Positions 31,770 to 40,654 of a stretch of DNA of 40,654 nucleotides are shown piece after piece. Below the pieces are notes generated by a model that ran no database searches, was not told where the DNA came from, and saw only the letters and a program-made list of their open reading frames with translations. The DNA is taken from contig JAUCBJ010008431.1 in assembly GCA_032718475.1 (NCBI GenBank), positions 1 through 40,654 on the forward strand, in the 5' to 3' direction. Numbering within the stretch: position 1 is the first letter of the stretch; each line of letters begins with the position of its first letter. A program made the translations under genes and the position numbers. The DNA is from Nemertoderma westbladi. Its lineage: Eukaryota; Animalia; Xenacoelomorpha.

Positions 31770-34700
31770 TTAGAGGTAGTGAGGGGGGTGGATAGTGCGT
31801 CCAGACCGAGTTCGAACAGACGGGGCGTCCGGGGTGGGCGGTGGTGGTGTGTATGTCGGTGTCCCCCTAGTGGTGGGAAGGTCGGGAGGAACTCTGGGAG
31901 GTCGGCCGCGACGCCGTGGCTGCCCGTAGACGATCGGCTCAGTGCAGTCTAGATGTGCCGGCTTCAGTCGGTCGACGGACACTGTCTCGGTGCGGCCCCC
32001 AATGTCGAGTTGGAACGTCTTGGGCCCATGGACCAGGACCCGGTAGGGTCCCTCATATGGGCGTTCCAGGGGCGTCCGGTGGGCGTCCCGTCGGACGAAG
32101 ACGTGTGGGGCATTTTGGAGTTCGTGGGGAACAGACGATGGGGTTGGACCGTGACGCGACGTGGGGACTGGGGCGAACCGTCCGACACGCTCGCGGAGTT
32201 GCGGAAGGATCGTGGACGGAGAGTGTGGGACGTCCGTCTGCGTGGGCGGGAGGAACTCGCCCGGGACGGTGAGGGGGGCACCGTAAACCAACTCGGCGGT
32301 GGAGGTGCCCAAGTCGTCCTTGGGTGCGGTCCTAATTCCGAGAAGGACCCACGGCAACTCGTCGACCCAGGCGGGGCCGGTGAGGGACGCACGGAGGGCG
32401 GACTTGAGGTGGCGGTGGAAACGTTCCACCAGTCCGTTCGCCTGCGGGTGGTAGGCCGTTGTGCGGTGCAGTTGGGTGCCCAGCAGCTGGTTGACGGCGG
32501 ACCAGAGCTGGGAAGTGAACTGCGAGCCCCGGTCGGAGGACACGTCAGTAGGGACGCCAAAACGGGCGATCCAGTTCGCGATGAGCGCGCGGGCGCAGCT
32601 CTCAGTGGAGGTGTCGGTGAGGGGAATGGCCTCCGGCCACCGGGTGAATCGATCCACCATCGTTAGGAGATGGGTGTACCCGTGGGACGGCGGGAGGGGC
32701 CCGACCAGATCTATGTGGATGTGGTCGAAGCGGCGATGGGGAGTCTCGATGGTGCCGAGGGGAGCGCGGACGTGGTGTTGCACCTTGGACGTTTGGCACG
32801 GCACACAGGTTGTTGCCCATGCACCGACCTGTTTCCGGAGGCCATGCCAAACGAATCGGTCGGCGACGATTTTCTTAGTCGTGCGGACCCCCGGGTGCGA
32901 GAGGCCGTGGATGACGTCGAAGACGTGGCGACGCCACGTGGCCGGAACGACCGGTCTGGGGTGGCCGAGAGAGACGTCGCAGAGCAGCGTTGCGCCGGAG
33001 GGGCCGATGGGGACGTCCTGCAGTTCGAGGCCCGAGATGGCGGTGCGGTATGCGGCCATCTCGCTGTCGGCGAGTTGGGCGGCAGCCATGGCGACGTAGT
33101 CGAGGCCGGGGGTGTGTACAGCGCCGATGTGTGTCCTGGAGAGGGCGTCCGCCACACAGTTATCTTTCCCCGAGACGTGGGCGATGGCCGTGGTGAACTC
33201 CGACACATAGGCGATGTGCCGCTGTTGTCTGGAGGACCACGGGTCACTGATCTTGGAGAAAGCGAACGTGAGAGGTTTGTGGTCCGTGTAGGCGGTGAAG
33301 GCGCGCCCCTCCAGGAAGTACCGGAAGTGGCGAATCGCGAGGTAAAGAGCCAGGAGCTCCCGGTCGAACGCGCTGTACTTCACCTCCGGGGGTCTCAACT
33401 GGCGGCTGAAGAACGCTAGGGGGCGCCACGACCCGCCGACCAGCTGCTCGAGGACGGCGCCCACGGCCGTGCCAGAGGCGTCCACTGTGAGTGCCGTGGG
33501 GGCGGTGGCTTCGGGGTGGGCCAACATGGTGGCGTGGGCGAGGACCTCCTTCGTGTCCCGGAAGGCTACCAGCATGTCGGGAGACCAATCGAGGAGTTTC
33601 GGCTTGGTACCGGAAAGGGCCCTGTAGAGAGGCCGCATAATGGCTGCAGCAGAGGGGATGAACCGATGGTAGAAGTTTACCATCCCCACGAACTCCTGCA
33701 GGCCCTTAACGGTGGTGGGCTGGGCGAAATCCCTGATGGCGGCGACCTTGTCAGGGAGGGGAACGGCTCCATGGGCCGAGATGCGGTGGCCGAGGAAGTC
33801 GATGACCGGTCGACCGAACTGGCACTTGGCGAGGTTGATGACGAGGCCGTGCTGCTGGAGGCGCGAGAAGAGCTGACGGAGATGGTCTCGGTGCTCCTGT
33901 CTGGACCGACTCGCGACGAGGACATCGTCTAGGTAGATGAAGACGAAGTCGAGTCCCTGGAGCGCCGAGTCCATCAGTCTCTGGAAGGCCTGGGCCGCGT
34001 TCTTCAGCCCGAACGGTACCCGGAGGAACTCGAAAAGGCCGAACGGGGTGATGACGGCGGTCTTAGCGATGTCGACCTCATGGATGGGTATCTGGTGGTA
34101 ACCGCGCACCAGATCGATCTTAGAGAAGATCCGTGCTCCTGCCAGGCGGGAGGAGAAGTCCTGGATGTGGGGAACAGGATACCGATCCGGAGTCGTGGCG
34201 TCGTTGAGGCGGCGGTAGTCGCCGCAGGGCCTCCAGCCACCCGAGGGTTTCGGGGCCATGTGGAGGGGAGACGACCAGGGACTGTTAGATCGGCGGACGA
34301 TCCCCATCTCCTCCATCTTGCGGAACTCCTCCTTGGCGATCGCCAGTTTGTCTGGAGGGAGACGGCGGGCGCGGGCGTGGACTGGTGGCCCTTCGGTGGG
34401 GATATAGAGTTCCACGCCGTGTTTCACCGTCGGGTCGGAGAACCGAGGCTCCGTGATGTCGGGGAACTCGGCAAGGAGACGGGCGAACTCGTTGTCGGAG
34501 GAGGCGACGGAACCGAGGTGGAGAGCGTGTCCCGGGGTCCGCCCGCATGGAATCGAGGTCAACGTCTCGGCGTCGACCAGACGGCGGCCTCTCAGATCAA
34601 CCAACAGGTTGTTGGCCCGGAGGAAGTCGGCTCCGAGGAGAGGCTGGTCCACGTCCGCGGCCGTGAACCGCCACTCGAATTGGCGGGTCCCGAAACGCAG

Positions 34701-34928
34701 CGGAATTGTGCGTTGTCCGTATGTCCTGATCGAGGTGCTATTGGCGGCTACGAGGGGCGGACCGCTTCCGCCCGCGCGTGCCTCGTGCGTCATAGCCGGG
34801 ATGACGCTGACCTCGGCCCCGGTGTCCACCAGAAACCGTTGCCCGGACAGTCGGTCCAGGACAAATAGCAGCAGATCGGGGTGGCCGGCCGTAGCAGCTG
34901 CTACTGACGGCCGGCCGGGGCGTTTCCC
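31770..34928 (-). CDS. pol: Gypsy Pol (protease, RT, RNase H, integrase), probably expressed by -1 frameshift from gag
   Basis: FLVDTGA; [11 protein letters not shown]; PFGLKNA; YLDD; VDASG, DRELLA, TDHKPL, VADALSR; HGLSHPG...CVPC; [17 protein letters not shown]; YEGPY. The ORF-track start at 34991 is not the real start. Confidence 0.97.
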   Translation of the reverse strand, partial: GKRPGRPSVAAATAGHPDLLLFVLDRLSGQRFLVDTGAEVSVIPAMTHEARAGGSGPPLVAANSTSIRTYGQRTIPLRFGTRQFEWRFTAADVDQPLLGADFLRANNLLVDLRGRRLVDAETLTSIPCGRTPGHALHLGSVASSDNEFARLLAEFPDITEPRFSDPTVKHGVELYIPTEGPPVHARARRLPPDKLAIAKEEFRKMEEMGIVRRSNSPWSSPLHMAPKPSGGWRPCGDYRRLNDATTPDRYPVPHIQDFSSRLAGARIFSKIDLVRGYHQIPIHEVDIAKTAVITPFGLFEFLRVPFGLKNAAQAFQRLMDSALQGLDFVFIYLDDVLVASRSRQEHRDHLRQLFSRLQQHGLVINLAKCQFGRPVIDFLGHRISAHGAVPLPDKVAAIRDFAQPTTVKGLQEFVGMVNFYHRFIPSAAAIMRPLYRALSGTKPKLLDWSPDMLVAFRDTKEVLAHATMLAHPEATAPTALTVDASGTAVGAVLEQLVGGSWRPLAFFSRQLRPPEVKYSAFDRELLALYLAIRHFRYFLEGRAFTAYTDHKPLTFAFSKISDPWSSRQQRHIAYVSEFTTAIAHVSGKDNCVADALSRTHIGAVHTPGLDYVAMAAAQLADSEMAAYRTAISGLELQDVPIGPSGATLLCDVSLGHPRPVVPATWRRHVFDVIHGLSHPGVRTTKKIVADRFVWHGLRKQVGAWATTCVPCQTSKVQHHVRAPLGTIETPHRRFDHIHIDLVGPLPPSHGYTHLLTMVDRFTRWPEAIPLTDTSTESCARALIANWIARFGVPTDVSSDRGSQFTSQLWSAVNQLLGTQLHRTTAYHPQANGLVERFHRHLKSALRASLTGPAWVDELPWVLLGIRTAPKDDLGTSTAELVYGAPLTVPGEFLPPTQTDVPHSPSTILPQLRERVGRFAPVPTSRHGPTPSSVPHELQNAPHVFVRRDAHRTPLERPYEGPYRVLVHGPKTFQLDIGGRTETVSVDRLKPAHLDCTEPIVYGQPRRRGRPPRVPPDLPTTRGTPTYTPPPPTPDAPSVRTRSGRTIHPPHYL
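34883..34928 (-). promoter_or_regulatory. -1 ribosomal frameshift signal
   Basis: G GGA AAC slippery heptamer in the gag frame (34928-34922), 5-nt spacer, then a 10-bp stem ggccggccgt/acggccggcc (34916-34907 with 34892-34883). Confidence 0.85.
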
Positions 34929-35641
34929 GGAAAAGTGCAGGGCGAGCGGCACTTCAGGGCGTCGGTGCCAAACTTCTGGTGGAAGTAGCACCAGTCGTCG
35001 TGAGCAGGCTGGGGGACGCGTGAACTCCGGCCGCTAGTTGGGGGGCCGGTGGAGGGCTTGTGGCGGGCCGGCCCGCCGGGACCTCGTACAGTACGCACTG
35101 CCGGCTCCGGTACGATGAGCGGCGTCGCTACAGCATGAGCGGAGAGTGAGCTCGAGCGGGAGGTTTCCCAAAGCGCGTCGGCACGGTCTGCGACGCGGTC
35201 GAGGTCGCGAAAGTCCTCCTCGGCGAGTTGGAGGCGTATGGCGTCGGGCATCTGGCGGAGGAACGCCTCCTCGAACAGCAGGCAGTGGTGGTTATCACCG
35301 AGGAGTGCCTGCATCTCACCGAGGAGCTGCGAGGGTCGGCGGTCGCCGAGGCCGTTCAAGTCCCAGAGCCGCGCGGCGCGGTCGCGGCGGGAGAGTCCGA
35401 ACACCTTGAGGAGTTTGGCCTTGATCTGGGCGTACTGGTCGACAGTAGGGGGATCCCGGATCAGCTGGAGGAGGCGACTGGCAGTGTCCTGGTCGAGGGC
35501 CCCCACCACGTAGTAGTACTTAGTGGCCTCGGTTGTGACGCCCCGGATGGCGAACTGTGCCTCGGCCTGGGCGAACCAAACCTCAGGCTGGTTAGTCCAG
35601 AAGGTGGGCAGTTTCAGGGAGACGGCATTTGCCTCAGCCAT
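34901..35641 (-). CDS. gag: Gypsy Gag, 246 aa
   Basis: [38 protein letters not shown]; C-X2-H-X9-C-X3-C knuckle ([18 protein letters not shown]). Confidence 0.95.
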   Translation of the reverse strand: MAEANAVSLKLPTFWTNQPEVWFAQAEAQFAIRGVTTEATKYYYVVGALDQDTASRLLQLIRDPPTVDQYAQIKAKLLKVFGLSRRDRAARLWDLNGLGDRRPSQLLGEMQALLGDNHHCLLFEEAFLRQMPDAIRLQLAEEDFRDLDRVADRADALWETSRSSSLSAHAVATPLIVPEPAVRTVRGPGGPARHKPSTGPPTSGRSSRVPQPAHDDWCYFHQKFGTDALKCRSPCTFPGNAPAGRQ

Positions 35642-35718
35642 GGTGAAGGCGTTGGAGCGGGGCGCGAATAACGGGAGGGCTGTTGGTTGCAGTTCGACTC
35701 AACAAATCGTGCTGAGCA

Positions 35719-35730
35719 GTCGGGTCACCA
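35719..35730 (-). promoter_or_regulatory. Primer-binding site, tRNA-Trp-like
   Basis: Minus strand TGGTGACCCGAC begins 1 nt after the 5' LTR; resembles the complement of the eukaryotic tRNA-Trp 3' end with one C fewer. Confidence 0.75.
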
Positions 35731-35731
35731 A

Positions 35732-35949
35732 TGTGGCAGTATAATCGTACTGCTAATGTCTCATCATAAAGTATACCGGATATGCAAAGGTATGCAATAA
35801 AAATGTATAATATGAAGGCAGTAGTTAGCCTACACCAGTACTGCAGTAAGGAAGTTAATGCAGTGAATAGTCAAGTGAAAACTCTCTAACACTTGTCCGA
35901 GTATATGGCAAACTCAGTAGGTCCTGAGTATGTAAGTGGCACCGCCACA
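35732..35949 (-). repeat. 5' LTR of Gypsy element (218 bp)
   Basis: Identical by eye to 31528-31745. Confidence 0.97.
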
Positions 35950-36672
35950 CTATTGTGATTTTTATTTAAATCCGTGTAAGCTAGTAATCTGTGTAATCTA
36001 GTAATCCGTGTAATCTGTATCATAATTAATCTATTGTAATTTTTATTTAAATCCGTGTAATCTAGTAGGTACGAATTCAAACCGAATCTAACTCATTTAT
36101 TTTATTTCGTATGTAACTTCGTGTAATCTTTATACCGATGATAGTGTATTTCTGATACTCTGCCATGCCAATCAATACCACACATAGACCATACTACAAT
36201 CCCCCACAGCTCTATACTAAATGTTATATTACTCCGACCACTCCCATCGAACACATTCCTACTCCATTCTACACACGCCTAATAACTACACATTTACCAC
36301 TACCGACAGACAATTACCACACCGACCATACCGATAACCTCCTCGCCTTAAGGGGACCCCCATGAAAACGAGACCATGTCTCTTGGGGCTATCCCCGACA
36401 TCATCTAGACTCACACTCACCATGCAAAACTTACCCATTACTCAACCACCTCTTAGACAGGAAACGCTGACCACAAATTGCCAACGAAATGCACTCTGAC
36501 AACACACTTACATTATAGCCTAACTAACTGTCTCAATTTATTTGTTGCATTAACCATAACTACTGTATAATGGATTATCTTGTTATCTTGTTCCTTCCGG
36601 TAATGTTTAATTATGCAGATTTACTTTACTTATTATTTGATGAAAATTAAACAATTTCAATTTCAATTTCAA

Positions 36673-37540
36673 TTGCTTACCTTCCTATATCACCTACTCA
36701 GGTCGCTTACCAACCAAAACTGGGCTCTGATGTGGTATTAGCAGCTCTTCTTGAAAGTCTCGAAATAGAGAGAATGCGAGGATCGAGTAGCTTTCTCTGT
36801 AAAGTCGACATTACTTCTGCCTTCGACAATGTCCAATACCACCTCCTCTTTGAGAACCTTATCGTGTTTATCAATCCTCACATTTCTCTGGTGTTACTCC
36901 ATTATTTCCACACAGTCATGATATTCCTTAAGTTTGGAGACACAGTGGATAGCGTTGGGACTAGAATGTTAAAGGGTCTAAAACAAGGTTCATTGATTTG
37001 AATAAATTACGTGATGCTGGATTAGGATATAACCAAACGCAACTCTGGATTAATATGGTTTGCTATGCGGATGACATATTACTAATGGGTAGGAGTACCA
37101 CTGAAATCGAGTTGATGTTAAAGATTAAAAAAAAAGGAGTTTAACAAAATGGGCCTCGGTGTTGAAAATTCAAAGACGGAATCGTCATACTTGTGTGGGC
37201 GGGGCTGTGAGAAAGATCCAATACCATGTTTACTCAATGTAGACGGAACTCTCCTCCCATCCACTATCTGCATCTCATTCCTTGGAGTGAAATTGAATGT
37301 AAAACCTGTAGAATGCCTTAAAGATTGTTTCAGAGTAATCAATTCTATCAGAGACATTCTATAAAAAGGGGTGGACATCACGATGGCTGTCACCAACAGT
37401 ATTATCAGTACTTTGGAATTCAATTGCTGTTCCTTCAATAGTTTATAGGATACGATTCTTAATGGTGCATTGTCTGTAACTAATTTAGAGCAGCTGGACT
37501 GCTACAGCTACTATCGCTAGGTTTTCCGCGGTCTTCTCCA
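36673..37540 (+). pseudogene. Decayed LINE ORF2, 3' part (RT core), continuation of 29790-31011
   Basis: QVAYQ, KVDITSAFDNV, GLKQG, YADDILL (about 37065), SFLGV; stops and frameshifts. Right boundary approximate. Confidence 0.8.
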
Positions 37541-38059
37541 TATAAGTGGCGCCACTCTTGTTGTGTTAATGTGAATGTTACTGTGTTAATGTCAGCTACC
37601 AGTTTTTAACATAATGGTAAATTGATAATAATATAGAGCCAGTGCAACCGGGTTAACATTGAATAAATAATAATAATAATAATCGGCCTGGTTGCATTGA
37701 AACTCCACATTGAGATGCTACACCGGCTTAACAAAAACATTTTGTCACCACCATGCAATCCACAATTGGCAAGCCCAATGCAGCTTGCATTAAGAATGCT
37801 ATGTCGGCTTATCAACAAAGTTTCACCCGACTTTTGCGAGACTATCCACATCTTCAAGGCCAGTGTCATTTAAGAAGCGTCTCACAAAAGTCATGGGCTG
37901 TCCACCATGCTTATTTTTGTCAAAGCACAAGATTGTGCACAGGCTGGTCCTCACGGCGAATAACAATGTCCTGCAAAACGGAGGCGGCTTTGTTCTAGTG
38001 TCAAACCTGGGGGAACCAATGAGACAGAGACATCTCCAATGTTATATATCCAGCACCTC

Positions 38060-38665
38060 TACATGCTAAAACGCTGTACATCAACTATTCTATATACAGA
38101 TGCCAAACTGAAAGCCTACAAAACACTAGTAGTACCTAGAACTATCTACGCATTGCAGTGCTGCTGGTATCCAAACCACACTAACAGCTCCCAACACCGT
38201 GCAACCTACTGGTTTATAGATGCAGACTTATCATATAGAGGACGTCTACTGAAACTGAAAATTCTTCCTCTACCTAGAATTACACGATCTTCTACTACTT
38301 TCCGCCATCATTAATAATAAATACAACTTCAACTGGACTCCTTTCGTTGCTTTCTATACCGACTCATGCCAAAGGAAAACTACACGCAACCCTCATAACT
38401 TCCAGCTGCCTTTCTTCCGTAAATCCACTTCTCAGTAAAACTTCTGGTACCGATCTCAGAGACTAGCCAACCTACTACCACACGAAGTCTACTTCACGCG
38501 CCATACAGGACTGAAACAGCGACTATCTGATCTGTACTGGAACTTCTTCATCTCCACTTACACTGAACTGAATGAACCCCTGCACCTGGAGAATCGGATG
38601 CATGTGTGAGGCAAGCTAAGCCAAACGACCAGAGCTCCGACAGCATCTTAACTGACAGCAAATAA
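38060..38665 (+). pseudogene. Decayed CR1-like LINE 3' end
   Basis: YKTLVVP..IY...W.P, QHRAT, LSYRGRLLKLKILPL match the CR1/L2 post-RT pattern; terminal PCTW..C.C motif and aataaa at about 38661. Confidence 0.65.
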
Positions 38666-38879
38666 ATTGTATGTATAATTTACATGCAGTTAATTAAAAG
38701 TATTGATATGATAGCCATATGAAAGTCTTTGAAAATATTATTTTTAATAAAATGCTTAGAATGGAAATGACGCCATAGATAGATGGCAGGTCGCGATGCC
38801 CTACACCTTTTGCGGAATATCTAGAAAATAATAATTAAACCCTTGTTTTGAAGGTTTCTAGACTCACTAAATCGTTATT

Positions 38880-39140
38880 TGAATGGGAGAATCTTTTAGG
38901 CTCGTTAAGCCAAGGAATGCCTGTTCACCACCATGGTTGATCTTCCACAGTAAACCATTCCACTCTGTTTCCCAAGTTGCCTTGGTTCCCATTTATCGAC
39001 CACTGAAGGATGAAAGCCTGGGTTGGGCTAGGCTGCAGCATTTAAAGCACTGTGCCCAAACAGTGCTGCCCCATCTAGGGATCAAACCAGGGCTCCCTAA
39101 TTGGAAGCCCAGGAATATCACCACTAGACCAAGCTGCTGC
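38880..39140 (-). mobile_element. tRNA-derived SINE with Deu/Nin-like core
   Basis: Minus strand A-box tggtctagtgg (39131-39121), B-box ggtttgatccc (39088-39078), core gctttcatccttcagtggtcgataaatggg; 3' end recurs at 9331-9416. Confidence 0.75.
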
Positions 39141-40654
39141 TTGGGGGTAAATCGATATTTGCTGTTTGAATGAGCATAACTTCAGTACAATAGTAGGCTA
39201 GTATAAGAAGTTGGTCATCGCCAAAATGAGGAATATGTCGAAGCTCGAAGATCGCGTCTAGGCTGGTTGTGGACTCCTAATCAATGGGGGTAAACGCTCT
39301 TTTTTCAGCCGGGTTTTAGGGGGGGGGGGGGGGGGGGGGGGGCACAACAACTTTTTTCAAACATTCGATTTTATTGGACATTCTATTATATCTATTGGAT
39401 ATTCTGTAGGGCGTGGTGCTCTATACTAGCTGTGATATAGAAGAATACGTAAGTAACATTTAATTTGTATCAGTTTGAATAAGTCGACATCATTCACATT
39501 ACATTAAAACGAATTTGATGACATTTATAAGGGAATTCATTTAAATTATGCCTGAGAAACGAGTCAGTATTTATAAGAATAACCTAGCCTGCAGTACCGT
39601 CATAGTTGTATGCTTAACTAGTCCATCTCTCAATACTTCATTAACTACATGAGACGGCCAGTCGAATTCGATCACTGCATATATGGATCTACTTGCATTT
39701 AGAATAATATATTATAAAAGTACTACTCTTTTGGCACATTCCACCTTTCTGGCACATGTGAAGTATACCACAACGCCACACTCTCTGCTGTTATATTACA
39801 CTTTACAGTTTACCCCATGTGAAGAATACCAGGTTTTCACTAAAAATCCAGGTTACAGAAGGACTGAACCTAACCAAAACAATAAACGAATTAGTATATA
39901 TACAGGTTATAAGACAGAATAAACGCTATAAAACACTTAATTTGGAGAAACTAAATCCTTTCATCGAATCCTTTCGAAAAAAAATTCTTCATATAAAATT
40001 CCAATATAATTTCGGCCGAAAAGTGAAAAACTGGTATTTATGGCATGGGCGAACATATTGGTTACTTTATTTATTTTTATGTTTTAAGGGCCTGTAATAT
40101 TAAATATAACATAAAACATCAAATAAAATAATTTGTTTCTTGATAAGGAATTTTTCAACTAACTTTCTATTGTTATTATCGCTCCCGTTAACTGAACAAT
40201 TAATAATTATCTTAGAAGTTCTTAGGTAGGGGACCCGCAACGTGAAATTTTCGAAAATTTACAAAAAATTTTTTATCTTTTTATCTAAATTTTTTTATTT
40301 TTTTATTTTTTTTATCGGTTTTTACCATTGAACTATTTTTTAACTACAAAACTGAATTTTAATCAATAGTATTTATGGCTGAGATTCTCGACTCTCTGTA
40401 TAAAAACAACCTTTTCTCAGTTTGTCGATTTTGACGTTTTCCATCACTAAATGTACTACCGGTACTTTTGTGTTTTATTCAATTGTCATCAAACATATAT
40501 CAAATTGTTCAGCAGTTTAAGGGCTACAATCGTGAGTAGGCATGGCCGGACAAAGCCATATTGGGGCCCGATACACAAATTAATTTGAAATTTAAATTAA
40601 GTAAATAATTTAATTAAAATAATTTACAGTGTAGGCTAATAAAAAATATATTTT

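Larger units (their letters stand above)
31528..35949 (-). mobile_element. Intact Ty3/Gypsy LTR retrotransposon, CsRn1-like clade, 4422 bp
   Basis: 218-bp LTRs identical by eye; TSD ctat (31524-31527, 35950-35953); tRNA-Trp-like PBS; G-rich PPT; gag with CHCC knuckle; pol PR-RT-RH-IN. Confidence 0.97.
31012..36672 (+). mobile_element. About 1.24-kb non-coding tailed insertion (31012-31527 plus 35954-36672) hosting the Gypsy element
   Basis: ttgctt duplicated at 31006-31011 and 36673-36678; 3' tail aaattaaac(aatttc)3aa; removing it restores the LINE reading frame ENLA|YLPISPTQVAYQPK. Confidence 0.75.

Noticed and set aside
31916-35744. Many overlapping and antisense ORFs in the Gypsy element
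   Set aside because: Expected from stop-codon scarcity in GC-rich DNA; no recognisable motifs.
39060-39140. Functional tRNA gene
   Set aside because: A and B boxes exist but there is no convincing cloverleaf and it runs into a SINE body; same for 23530-23560.
39683-40097. Short ORFs near the window end
   Set aside because: No motifs or splice support; consistent with random AT-rich ORFs.

Overview
Eukaryotic, AT-rich, probably invertebrate animal DNA made almost entirely of nested transposable elements and tandem repeats, with two host-gene exons on the minus strand (a beta/gamma-crystallin-motif exon at 252-387 and a Ser-type GST N-terminal exon at 9008-9235). Main elements: (1) a BEL/Pao LTR retrotransposon (1556-8048) with near-identical LTRs, no integrase and no tRNA primer site, but a perfect 14-nt self-complementary primer site; (2) a 5'-truncated RTE-X-like LINE with a 13-bp TSD; (3) about 8.3 kb of a 54-bp satellite with higher-order structure (13814-28766), interrupted by a 488-bp TIR MITE and a 6.2-kb CACTA/EnSpm-like non-autonomous element that contains an intact RTE LINE; (4) a three-level nest of decayed LINE > non-coding tailed element > intact, GC-rich CsRn1-clade Ty3/Gypsy element (31528-35949); (5) SINEs, MITEs and CR1 debris. 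No CRISPR array, rRNA or true tRNA gene. The best candidate for a novel mechanism is tRNA-independent, Tf1-like self-priming in the BEL/Pao element. All family assignments come from motif recognition by eye; no database search was run.
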